A stretch of DNA of 60,781 nt from Clostridia bacterium (lineage in GTDB: Bacteria; Bacillota; Clostridia; Monoglobales; Monoglobaceae), in NCBI GenBank assembly GCA_045586445.1, contig JAZNAJ010000214.1, positions 1-60,781 on the forward strand, read 5' to 3'. Positions within the stretch are counted from its first letter, which is position 1. The number at the start of each line of letters is the position of its first letter. Positions 39,151-48,270 of the stretch are shown here, piece by piece. A program made the translations under genes and the position numbers. Below the pieces are notes generated by a model. The model did not search any database, was not told the origin of the DNA, and saw only the letters and a program-made list of their open reading frames with translations.

Positions 39151-39672
39151 TTAGCTTAATGCTTCAACCTGATTGAACTCAAGCTCAACATCGGTATCTC
39201 TGCCAAACATGGAAATCTTTGCTTTTATCTTTTGCTTATCCATAACAATCGCATCGATAACGCCAACAAAGCCTTCAAGCGGACCATATTTAACACGAAT
39301 ATTATCGCCAACATCAAAGCCCACAGTAACAGTCTTCTTCTCAAGACCAATAGCTGCGATTTCCTCCTCGGTGAGGGGAACAGGCTTGGAGCCGGGGCCT
39401 ACAAAGCCGGTAACACCACGGCAGTTGCGAACAACATACCAGCTTTCGTCGGTCATAATCATTTTGATAATTACATAACCGGGAAAAACTTTGCGCATAA
39501 CCGTCTTCTTTTTGTCGTCTTTAATCTCGACAACTTCTTCCATGGGAACGCTGATTTCCTGTATTACGTCCTGCATATTGCGATTTTCAATGGTTTTTTC
39601 AATATCGGCTTTTACCTTATTTTCATAGCCTGAGTAGGTGTGAGCAACATACCATTTTGCGTCTTTTGACAT
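39151..39672 (-). CDS. nusG: transcription termination/antitermination factor NusG
   Basis: NGN domain (WYVAHTYSGYENKV) and KOW motif. Confidence 0.93.
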   Translation of the reverse strand: MSKDAKWYVAHTYSGYENKVKADIEKTIENRNMQDVIQEISVPMEEVVEIKDDKKKTVMRKVFPGYVIIKMIMTDESWYVVRNCRGVTGFVGPGSKPVPLTEEEIAAIGLEKKTVTVGFDVGDNIRVKYGPLEGFVGVIDAIVMDKQKIKAKISMFGRDTDVELEFNQVEALS

Positions 39673-39701
39673 AAATAACGGGACTAACCCTTCCCTCCTA
39701 C

Positions 39702-39896
39702 TTATCTGTTGATGAGCAGTGCAATACCGCCACTAAACAGCCAGTCCAATATCCATATAACTGCACCGACAATCAAAACGAAAACAATAACAATAAATGT
39801 GTTCTGGCGAACCTTTGCAAATGAAGGCCATACAACTCTTTTAAGTTCTGCCTTCATATCCACAAACCAGTTCTTTATCTTTGAGAACATGTTCAT
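39702..39896 (-). CDS. secE: preprotein translocase subunit SecE
   Basis: 64 aa with a single TM segment and the ELKRVVWPS motif. Confidence 0.9.
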   Translation of the reverse strand: MNMFSKIKNWFVDMKAELKRVVWPSFAKVRQNTFIVIVFVLIVGAVIWILDWLFSGGIALLINR

Positions 39897-39923
39897 TTTA
39901 AACTACCTCTTTACTTTCAAAAA

Positions 39924-40073
39924 TTATTTCGTTTCTTTGTGAAGTGTGTGTTTTTTGCAGAATCTGCAGTACTTGTTCATCTCAAGTCTGTCAGGACTGT
40001 TCTTTTTGTTTTTCATTGTGTCGTAATTTCTCTGCTTGCATTCTGTGCATGCCAAAGTGATTTTAACTCTCAT
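39924..40073 (-). CDS. rpmG: ribosomal protein L33
   Basis: [49 protein letters not shown]. The track ORF (to 40169) is an upstream extension. Confidence 0.92.
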   Translation of the reverse strand: MRVKITLACTECKQRNYDTMKNKKNSPDRLEMNKYCRFCKKHTLHKETK

Positions 40074-40314
40074 TTCTTTCACCCTTTCGTATTGTATATC
40101 CGCAGGCAAAACCCCGGGAAATTTGTTGCAAATTAATGTAATCATCTGCTTGTGTTTTACCCAACACAAATAAAGCCTCTTTTCAGAGGTACAAATATGT
40201 TATCACATTTTTTTCGGCTTGTCAATCTTTTTTTTAAATTTTTTATCATATCTGCCTTTTTCTACAATATATTATATATCACAGCATCTTATTTTTGAAA
40301 AAGGAGTTCATTCA

Positions 40315-41325
40315 ATGAAGCGGAGCATCAGTACTGCCCTTGTATATATAGGATTGGTAATCGGTGCGGGGTTTGCCTCCGGCAGGGAGATATTTCAGTA
40401 CTTCAACATCCCGACCAAAACCGATTTAACAGGGATTGTCATCGCCACCCTTGGCTTTGCAGGGCTTGCGTATATCACGATGGCTTTGGCAAAAACCCAC
40501 TCCGCCCAAAGTTTTGACCAATACATTGAAAAAATCTCGCCCTTATGTTCGGTGCCCATAAAGATTTTTATGGCACTGTTTATGTTCTGCGGATATTTTG
40601 TAATGCTTGCAGCAAGCGGCGCGTTGTTTGAAAACACCTTTGGCTGCAGTATTGGAATCGGGATTTCGCTTCTCTCCCTCATCTGCTTTGTCGTCTTTAT
40701 TTTTGACCTGTCGGGGATTGTGGTAATAAACTCTGCTTTGGTACCCTTAATGATTGTTGGTATGACATTTCTTTGCATTGCCTCTGCCATTTGTGGCGTC
40801 CCTGCATTTTTGGCTTTTGATGAGATAAAAAATAATTTTCTGGTATCAGCCTTATGTTATGTAAGCTACAACACCATAACCTCAGGCGCAGTTCTTGTCC
40901 CCCTTGCCCATAACCTGACCAAAAAGAACCTTCTGCAGGCCTCTGTTATAAGCGGATTTGTTTTGGGGACACTGATACTTTTGGTGTGGGCGGTCCTTAA
41001 TATACATTTTGATTTTGTATATTCTGCAGAAATGCCGCTTTTAAATCTGGCGGCATTTTACGGAGAGTTTTACAAGGTTCTTTATTCAATTATTCTTTTT
41101 ATGGCCCTTTGCACCACCGCAATATCTCACGGGTTCGGTTTGCTTTCCAAATTTAAATTTAAAAACAGGACCGACCGCATTATTGTTTCGGCACTTATGT
41201 GCCTTTTGGCTATGCCTTTTGCCAAATTTGGCTTTTCTGCTTTGATTTCAAAGCTTTATTTTGTGTTTGGTATTCTTGGGCTTTTGTGGACTGTGCTTGT
41301 CATAAATAAATTTCTCAAAAGTTAG
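40315..41325 (+). CDS. YkvI-family membrane protein (putative transporter)
   Basis: Polytopic protein with N-terminus MKRSISTALVYIGLVIGAGFASGREIFQYF, typical of the YkvI family. The ATG follows AAGGAG. Confidence 0.7.
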   Translation: MKRSISTALVYIGLVIGAGFASGREIFQYFNIPTKTDLTGIVIATLGFAGLAYITMALAKTHSAQSFDQYIEKISPLCSVPIKIFMALFMFCGYFVMLAASGALFENTFGCSIGIGISLLSLICFVVFIFDLSGIVVINSALVPLMIVGMTFLCIASAICGVPAFLAFDEIKNNFLVSALCYVSYNTITSGAVLVPLAHNLTKKNLLQASVISGFVLGTLILLVWAVLNIHFDFVYSAEMPLLNLAAFYGEFYKVLYSIILFMALCTTAISHGFGLLSKFKFKNRTDRIIVSALMCLLAMPFAKFGFSALISKLYFVFGILGLLWTVLVINKFLKS

Positions 41326-42164
41326 TCCTTTTTGCCTATAACAACTCTTTCTATGCCGCTGAGGTCATTTATAATCTGTATTTCACTGTATCCGTTTTCT
41401 GTCATCAGGGTTTTCACTGCATCAGCTTGTCCCATCCCCACTTCAAAGGCAAGGAGTCCGTTCTTTTTAAGCGGTGCATTTCGGGTTATGATCCGGTAAA
41501 AATCAAGACCGTCTTCGCCGCCATCAAGGGCTGTTCGCGGTTCAAAGTCCCTGACCTTTTTGTCCAGAGTCAGCACCTCTTTACCGGGAATATACGGTGG
41601 GTTGGATACAATCACATCAGCATCTTCAAATGTTTTGGGGAAACCTTTTTTTATATCTGCCCACACAAACTCCACCCGATTTGATACCCCGCATCTTTTT
41701 GCATTGCGCTTTGCGGTGCCTATGGCAGTTTTGGAAATATCAACAGAAATCACTTGGGAATCGGGCAGGATACGCGCAAGACTGATTGCAATGCAACCGC
41801 TGCCGCTGCCGACTTCAGCAATTTTAACCGAGGTGTCGGCACTGCAGCGCTTTGCCACTTCCTCGACCAAAACCTCTGTATCACTTCTTGGAATTAAAGT
41901 CGCCGGATTCACCTCAAACATAAGCGACATAAACTCGCATTCCCCTACTATATATTGAACCGGCTCGCCCAATTCAAGGCGGTTTATTTTTTGTTCAAAT
42001 TCTTGCAGATGCTTGGCATCCACCGTTTTATCACCCAGAATCAGGTCGTTTTTGTCAAAGCCAAAGCTTTGCAAAATACAATCAACATCAGCCAGGGGAC
42101 TGTCATTCCCAATTAGAGCTAATCTTTGTGCGGTACTTCGTCTGAGTTCCTTCAGTCTTACCAT
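41322..42164 (-). CDS. prmC: release-factor glutamine N5-methyltransferase
   Basis: SAM motif EVGSGSGCI and catalytic NPPY. Confidence 0.9.
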   Translation of the reverse strand: MVRLKELRRSTAQRLALIGNDSPLADVDCILQSFGFDKNDLILGDKTVDAKHLQEFEQKINRLELGEPVQYIVGECEFMSLMFEVNPATLIPRSDTEVLVEEVAKRCSADTSVKIAEVGSGSGCIAISLARILPDSQVISVDISKTAIGTAKRNAKRCGVSNRVEFVWADIKKGFPKTFEDADVIVSNPPYIPGKEVLTLDKKVRDFEPRTALDGGEDGLDFYRIITRNAPLKKNGLLAFEVGMGQADAVKTLMTENGYSEIQIINDLSGIERVVIGKKD

Positions 42165-43117
42165 TTGTCTTCTTCCTTATTTTCCGGGATTACCGCCTTA
42201 ATCGAGGCAATTGCAACCTCAATCTGGCTGTCATCAGGCTCGTTGGTGGTTATATATTGCAACCATTTGCCCGGAGCACTGAGTGCTGCTGTAAAGGTAT
42301 TATCATGGCGACCTGCGAATTTTATTACTTCGTATGAAATCCCCGCAACAACCGGCAAAAGCAAAAGTCTTAGTCCCAGCCTTATCAAAGGGTTGTTCCA
42401 GGAAATAAACGAAAATACAATTACACTTATAACCATAACAATAAGCAAAAAGCTGGTTCCGCATCTTGGGTGAAGTCTTGATTGTTCTCTTACATTTTCA
42501 ATTGTGAGTTCAAGGCCTTTTTCGTAGCAATGAATGGTTTTGTGTTCCGCCCCGTGGTACATAAACACCCGCTTGATGTCCTGCATTTGTGCCACCAGCA
42601 AAAGGTAAGCAAGGAAGATACATATTCTTACAACACCTTCTGCAAGAGTTAGAATAATGTGGTTGTCTACCATGTTTTTCAAAAAGCCCACAATTACAGT
42701 TGGCAAGATGATGAACAAGCCAACGCTCATCAGCAAAGAAAGACACACCGAAAAGTAAATTACCGCATTGAGTGCCTTTTCAGAGCCTAACTTTTCTTCC
42801 AGCCACTTTTCAAACTTGCCTTGTTCCTGTTTTGGGCTTTCGCCGTCTTCCAAGTCAAAGAATGATGCTGAGTACATAAGGGCTTTAACCCCCAATATCA
42901 TCGAATCAAAGAAGTTGATGCAGCCACGAATGATTGGCAATTTGAGAATTTTGTTCTTGCGAACTTTGCCGCAAAGCTTTTCGTCAATCGTTATCTCGCC
43001 ATCGGGTTTTCTGACTGCTGTTGCAATCTTGTTCGGGCCTTTCATCATTACACCCTCAATCACAGCCTGTCCGCCGATTGAGGTCTTATGTATATTACAG
43101 CTTTTATTTTCACTCAT
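42158..43117 (-). CDS. DUF1385 (YqhQ-like) membrane protein
   Basis: IGGQAVIEGVMMKG N-terminal motif and GAEHK / HPRCGTSF motifs. Conserved partner of prmC in Firmicutes. Confidence 0.8.
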   Translation of the reverse strand: MSENKSCNIHKTSIGGQAVIEGVMMKGPNKIATAVRKPDGEITIDEKLCGKVRKNKILKLPIIRGCINFFDSMILGVKALMYSASFFDLEDGESPKQEQGKFEKWLEEKLGSEKALNAVIYFSVCLSLLMSVGLFIILPTVIVGFLKNMVDNHIILTLAEGVVRICIFLAYLLLVAQMQDIKRVFMYHGAEHKTIHCYEKGLELTIENVREQSRLHPRCGTSFLLIVMVISVIVFSFISWNNPLIRLGLRLLLLPVVAGISYEVIKFAGRHDNTFTAALSAPGKWLQYITTNEPDDSQIEVAIASIKAVIPENKEEDKW

Positions 43118-43210
43118 AATCTTTACCAAGCCTTTCTTTTTACTTCTTGTATTATACCACATTTTTTATCATTGTACAATATAAAAATTACAAAGAATGG
43201 CTGGATGCCA

Positions 43211-43248
43211 AAAAATAAAAGGGAACGGTATCACATATCGTTCCCTTT
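43211..43248 (-). terminator. rho-independent terminator after gpr
   Basis: Reverse strand reads aaagggaacg-loop-cgttcccttt followed by TATTTTTT. Confidence 0.7.
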
Positions 43249-43299
43249 GTAAAAATGTAACGGAAATTTCTTCGGGGAGTCTTAAAAACAAACGAGCCC

Positions 43300-44283
43300 T
43301 TACTTATATCTGTTTATGTCCTCCAGCGTTATCCCCTCGTGAAGTGCAATGTTGATGCCATTTGCAACAATGTCTGAAATTTTTTCTACCGCAACATCAA
43401 TTTCCTTTGGAGTAACCACGAAGTCGGTGCAATCGGGTTTTAATACCTCTTTTATGATTGAATATTTATCCTCTTCTTCTATGACTTCAAGCATTTTGTA
43501 AAGCGGAACATTTTCTTTGGCGTTTGCTTTGAGGTTTGCAATTATACGGTCTATTGTATCCCCCGCAATGGTCGCTGCATCCACAACAGTCGGTACTCCT
43601 ATGGCAATCACGGGGACTCCCAGATGTTCCTTGTCTATTGCCATTCTGCGGTTGCCTATCCCCGCTCCGGGAACAATCCCTGTGTCGGTCAATTGAATAG
43701 TGTTATTCACCCGTTCCATTCGTCTTGAACAAAGCGCGTCTACCGCTATAATCAAGCCGGGCCTTATCTTGTCGCATATACCCTTTACTATCTCGCCTGT
43801 TTCGATGCCCGTATTCCCCAAAACGCCCGGAGCAACAGCGCACACGCGCCTTAGTCTTTGGTCGATTTCTTCAGGCATATATTCAATCAAATGTCTTGTA
43901 GCAACCACCGAATCTATGGTCTGTGGGCCAAGGGCATCTGCGGTAATGCTGCGGTTTCCCAACCCAAGAACGAGGATGGTGCTGTCTTTTGGTTCGCCGA
44001 CAAGTTTTGAAAGCTCCTTGGCACATATCCGGCACGCTTCTTCATAGGCAGTTTGCTCGTACTCAATTGTTTTGGGAATTTCCACCGTGATATAGTTTCC
44101 ACAGGCTTTGCCGAGTGTTGCCGCACCCTTTTCGTTTACCACCTTTACTCTTGTTATCTTTATCCCTTGTTCTGCGATCTCTTCTTCCGCCTCGACCCCT
44201 TCTGCCTCGGTTGCAATCTGAGAGTTTTCAAAATAAAGTTCCCTTAATTCCAAGGCAAGGTCCGTCCTTGCGTTAAACGACAT
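43300..44283 (-). CDS. gpr: GPR germination protease (spore endopeptidase)
   Basis: MSFNARTDLALELRE... N-terminus and overall GPR/HybD-like layout. The ATG at 44283 follows GGGGGAAAGGG. Confidence 0.85.
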   Translation of the reverse strand: MSFNARTDLALELRELYFENSQIATEAEGVEAEEEIAEQGIKITRVKVVNEKGAATLGKACGNYITVEIPKTIEYEQTAYEEACRICAKELSKLVGEPKDSTILVLGLGNRSITADALGPQTIDSVVATRHLIEYMPEEIDQRLRRVCAVAPGVLGNTGIETGEIVKGICDKIRPGLIIAVDALCSRRMERVNNTIQLTDTGIVPGAGIGNRRMAIDKEHLGVPVIAIGVPTVVDAATIAGDTIDRIIANLKANAKENVPLYKMLEVIEEEDKYSIIKEVLKPDCTDFVVTPKEIDVAVEKISDIVANGINIALHEGITLEDINRYK

Positions 44284-44399
44284 ATTCTGACCCTTTCCCC
44301 CGGGCGTTTTGCCCAAGCATTTATTGTAGGTTCGGCTTGACACCAAAATCACTTTGTGTTAAAATACACTTATATATATCTATATGAAAGAATTGCTTT

Positions 44400-44798
44400 T
44401 TAGCTTGTGTAGTCTTCCATAAAACTTGTAAGCGCCGAAGCGTTTTTCAGCTTTACTCCCGGCGTCAACAGTTTAATATCATTATCGGTAAGATTGGCTT
44501 TGTATATTTGCTTATTATATAAAAATTCCTCGTTGCCATCTACAGAAGCATAGACGCTCAGGTTTTCCCCTTCAAGTTTCACCATATAATAATCAAATTC
44601 CGGATTTGGCGATTTGGTTGGAATTGGGGATTCTGCCGCTACATCCATAGTATCAGCCGTCAGCACCGAGTCTTCCGTAACAACGCTGTTTTTTTCTATT
44701 ATGCGGCGAGTAATCAAATATGCCGCGCTTGCAACGCCAAATGCCAACGCAGCCGTTATGACGAATACCAGAATAAATTTGATTGTTGATTTTAACAT
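44400..44798 (-). CDS. small membrane-anchored hypothetical protein (C-terminal part loosely BofC-like)
   Basis: The ATG at 44798 follows AAGGAGG. It has an N-terminal TM segment (FILVFVITAALAFGVASAAYLI). The C-terminal pattern YYMVKLEGENLSVY...LTDNDIKLLTPGVKL...FMEDYTS only loosely resembles BofC. Confidence 0.55.
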   Translation of the reverse strand: MLKSTIKFILVFVITAALAFGVASAAYLITRRIIEKNSVVTEDSVLTADTMDVAAESPIPTKSPNPEFDYYMVKLEGENLSVYASVDGNEEFLYNKQIYKANLTDNDIKLLTPGVKLKNASALTSFMEDYTS

Positions 44799-45003
44799 AA
44801 ACAACCTCCTTTTACCAATAATATTATTCTGCTGCATACCGCCCTGTGTTATGTGGTATGCTGAAAATTGGGCTGTTTCCATTTTCAACTTTAATTATTA
44901 CCCTAAACTTGAAATATATACCATTTCAGCACAAACACTTTTGAATATTATATTTACCAGACCATAAACCTTTGAAAATACAAAGAGAATCGGAGGGATA
45001 CTC

Positions 45004-47211
45004 TTGAAAAAAAGTCCTTACACAAAAATATTTACAAAAGTTTTCCTTTTTACCCTTATGGTAGGGCTTGGCCTTTTGTTTGTCATCACGGTTTGCTCGT
45101 TCTTTGGGCTTTTCGGTTCAGCTGACGACCTGGATATTGAGGCCCTGACTCTGGACAGCTCGTCCCTTGTGTGCTATATAGACAAAGACGGTAATGAACA
45201 GACCTATACAACCCTATCCTCGGAGCAGAACAGAATCTGGGTAGATTTCGAGGAAATCCCTCAGGATATGAAGGATGCCATTGTCGCCATAGAAGACGAG
45301 CGGTTTTACTCGCACAAGGGCTTTGATATACGCCGTACCACGAAAGCTTTCTTTGTCTTTTTGAAGAATAAATTAACAGGTCAGCCGACCTCCTTTGGCG
45401 GCAGTACCATAACCCAGCAGTTGGTTAAGAATATTACCAACCGCAGAGAGCGAACCGCTGCACGAAAGTTCCGCGAAATCTCGACTGCAATCAGTCTGGA
45501 ACGAAAAATCGAGAAAGACGAAATCCTTGAGCTTTATCTGAACTCCATATACCTGTCACAAGGTTGTAGCGGTGTTCAGGCTGCCTCACATAAATTCTTT
45601 GGGAAGCCGGTTTCGGCACTTAACCTTGCCGAGTGTGCGTCCATTGCGGGGATTACTCAATACCCATCACTTTATGACCCTTTGGTAAACCCCGAAAACA
45701 ACAAGGAAAAACAAGAGCTTGTCCTTGGTAAAATGTTAGAACTTGGCTCTATTTCGCAAGAAGAACACGACGAGGCGGTGGCATTTGAGCTTAAATTTAC
45801 CGAATATGACCCTGAAGAAATGTCTACAGGTGTAATAAATTCTTACTTTACCGACCATCTTATAAATACAGTGGTTGCCGACCTTGTTGAAAAGGGCTAT
45901 TCCAAAACCCTGGCAAACAAAATGATATATTCGGGCGGTCTTCGTATAATCTGCACTGTTGACCCAAGCGTTCAGGCAGCGGCTGAAGAAGTTTTTGAAG
46001 ATGCCAACAACTTCCCCAATGCTACCGGCAGCAACCCTGCACAGGCTTCAATCGCCATTATGGACCCCTACACAGGCGAAATAAAAGGATTGGTTGGCGG
46101 TGTCGGCAAAAAGTCAGGCAATCTTGTCCTTAACCGTGCTACACAAACCCTGCGTCAGCCCGGGTCTACCATAAAGCCTATCGGCGTTTATGCCCCTGCC
46201 TTTGAAAAAGGAATTATAAACCCTGCCGATATTTATCAGGACAAGGCTATCTCCTATGGGGAGTGGACTCCGCGAAATTATGACCACAAATACAATGGAA
46301 ATGTTTCTGTAAGAACTGCGTTAAGACGCTCGCTGAACACAATTCCCGTGCAAATACTTAACGAAATGGGTGCTGATTATTCCTATGATTTTCTTACAAG
46401 GAAACTTGGTATATCCTCTCTTGTAAAGCACGAAGCCAATTCTGACGGCAAGGTCTTCTCAGATATCGGACTTTCGCAGTTGGCATTGGGCGGTCTTACC
46501 CATGGCGTTTCGGTTTTGGAGCTTACCGCAGCCTACGCACCTTTTATAAACAGAGGTATATACAACGAACCTTATTGTTACACCGCGGTTTATGATGCTC
46601 AGGGCAATGAGATTTTAACCGCAGAATCCAAGCCGGTTCTTGCTATGAGCGAGCAGACTGCCTATGTAACCTCAATGCTGCTTAAGGAAGTTGTAACCAG
46701 CGGAACAGGTGGCGGTGCCCAGCTTGCATCCGGAATGTTTACTGCAGGCAAAACAGGTACAACCTCAGACAACAACGACCGTTTGTTCGTTGGATACACC
46801 CCGCATTATGTGGCATCTGTTTGGTATGGATATGACCAACCCCAAAGCATTTCAGCTGCCGGAAATCCTTGTATCCCCGTGTGGAAATCGGTTATGACCA
46901 AAATCAACGCCGATAAGGAAAGGATTTCGCCAAAAGCACCTATAGGTGTCAAGTCGGTTTCGTACTGCACTCTCACGGGGCTTTTGCCCGGCGAGAATTG
47001 TGGCGAGGAGGTTTCGTCCTGTTGGTTTAATGCCAATAATGTCCCCACAGAAACTTGCAAGGACAGGCATTTAACCGAAGAGGAGCTGGAGGCCGAGAAG
47101 AATGCCGAAGAAAACAAGCCTGAAGAAATAGTGGTTCCGGGTGATGATATCCCTACAGAAGACACCCCTGCTGAACCAACACCTTCTGAAGAAGTCGCTC
47201 CTGCAGCGTAA
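45004..47211 (+). CDS. class A penicillin-binding protein (PBP1A family)
   Basis: TTG start after GGAGGG. GT51 motif EDERFYSHKGFD. Transpeptidase motifs STIKP, SLN and KTGTT. Pro/Glu-rich C-tail. Confidence 0.9.
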   Translation: MKKSPYTKIFTKVFLFTLMVGLGLLFVITVCSFFGLFGSADDLDIEALTLDSSSLVCYIDKDGNEQTYTTLSSEQNRIWVDFEEIPQDMKDAIVAIEDERFYSHKGFDIRRTTKAFFVFLKNKLTGQPTSFGGSTITQQLVKNITNRRERTAARKFREISTAISLERKIEKDEILELYLNSIYLSQGCSGVQAASHKFFGKPVSALNLAECASIAGITQYPSLYDPLVNPENNKEKQELVLGKMLELGSISQEEHDEAVAFELKFTEYDPEEMSTGVINSYFTDHLINTVVADLVEKGYSKTLANKMIYSGGLRIICTVDPSVQAAAEEVFEDANNFPNATGSNPAQASIAIMDPYTGEIKGLVGGVGKKSGNLVLNRATQTLRQPGSTIKPIGVYAPAFEKGIINPADIYQDKAISYGEWTPRNYDHKYNGNVSVRTALRRSLNTIPVQILNEMGADYSYDFLTRKLGISSLVKHEANSDGKVFSDIGLSQLALGGLTHGVSVLELTAAYAPFINRGIYNEPYCYTAVYDAQGNEILTAESKPVLAMSEQTAYVTSMLLKEVVTSGTGGGAQLASGMFTAGKTGTTSDNNDRLFVGYTPHYVASVWYGYDQPQSISAAGNPCIPVWKSVMTKINADKERISPKAPIGVKSVSYCTLTGLLPGENCGEEVSSCWFNANNVPTETCKDRHLTEEELEAEKNAEENKPEEIVVPGDDIPTEDTPAEPTPSEEVAPAA

Positions 47212-47227
47212 ATTTAATTTAAATACC

Positions 47228-47262
47228 AAGGGCGTAAAATGAAACTTTTACGCCCTTATTTT
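47228..47262 (+). terminator. rho-independent terminator
   Basis: aagggcgtaaaa-tgaaac-ttttacgccctt followed by ATTTT. Confidence 0.75.
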
Positions 47263-47281
47263 AAAGAAACGGAGAAATGAT

Positions 47282-48037
47282 ATGAAGTTTGTATCCTGGA
47301 ATGTAAACGGACTGAGAGCCTGTCTTGAAAAAGGCTTTTTGGATATATTTAAAGAGTTTGACGCAGATATTTTTGCTTTGCAGGAAACCAAAATGCATCC
47401 CTCTCAGGCAGAGGTTGTAACAGACGGCTACTTTCAATATTGGAACAGTGCCGAAAAAAAAGGTTACTCGGGAACAGCCATATTTTCAAAAACAGAACCC
47501 ATCTCGGTTTCGTATGGCATTGGCATCCCCGAACACGATAGGGAGGGAAGGGTTATAACCCTTGAATTTGATAAGTTCTTCTTTGTAACTTGCTATACAC
47601 CAAACTCGCAGAACGAGCTTGCCCGTTTATCATATCGTATGGAGTGGGAGGATTGCTTTCTTGACTATCTGAAAGCCCTTGATTCAAAAAAGCCTGTTGT
47701 TCTGTGTGGCGACCTTAATGTGGCACATAAGGAAATCGACCTTAAAAATCCTAAAACAAACCGCCGAAATGCCGGCTTTACCGATGAAGAACGCGAAAAA
47801 ATGTCCGCTCTTTTAAATTCAGGCTTTTGCGATAGCTTTCGCCTGCTGTATCCTGACCGCACCGATATTTACTCCTGGTGGAGTTACAGATTCCACGCCC
47901 GCGAAAAGAACGCAGGTTGGCGTATAGATTACTTTATTACCTCAGACAAACTCCGCGGACAAATAACCTCTGCCGATATTCACACTACGGTTTATGGTTC
48001 TGACCATTGTCCCGTTTCGGTTGAGATTGATTTTTAA
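47282..48037 (+). CDS. xth: exodeoxyribonuclease III
   Basis: [18 protein letters not shown] and the C-terminal SDHCPV motif. Confidence 0.92.
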   Translation: MKFVSWNVNGLRACLEKGFLDIFKEFDADIFALQETKMHPSQAEVVTDGYFQYWNSAEKKGYSGTAIFSKTEPISVSYGIGIPEHDREGRVITLEFDKFFFVTCYTPNSQNELARLSYRMEWEDCFLDYLKALDSKKPVVLCGDLNVAHKEIDLKNPKTNRRNAGFTDEEREKMSALLNSGFCDSFRLLYPDRTDIYSWWSYRFHAREKNAGWRIDYFITSDKLRGQITSADIHTTVYGSDHCPVSVEIDF

Positions 48038-48174
48038 AGTTGTTACACCCTTAAAATGTGTCGATATGTTTTTTCATTTCGGCACATTTTTTATTGATTT
48101 TTTTAAAATTCTTTCGCAAAATCCCTCAAAACCGGACAAGTTTTGTCATTATTCAAAATTTTTTCATTTTGCTA

Positions 48175-48203
48175 TTGACAGATGGAATTTTTCACTATAT
48201 AAT
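48175..48203 (+). promoter_or_regulatory. consensus sigma-A promoter of nrdDG
   Basis: TTGACA (48175-48180), 17-nt spacer, TATAAT (48198-48203). Confidence 0.65.
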
Positions 48204-48207
48204 GGTT
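48192..48207. promoter_or_regulatory. candidate NrdR box 1 (weaker)
   Basis: tcactatataatggtt overlaps the -10. About 12 of 16 positions match acaCwAtATaTwgtgt. Confidence 0.4.
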
Positions 48208-48223
48208 ATATAACTTCGTTAAA

Positions 48224-48239
48224 ACACAAGATATTGTGT
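48224..48239. promoter_or_regulatory. candidate NrdR box 2
   Basis: acacaagatattgtgt is a near-perfect palindrome matching the NrdR box. Its centre is 32 bp from box 1. Confidence 0.6.
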
Positions 48240-48270
48240 TTTGCAAATCGAACGAAAGAGAGGGAAAACT

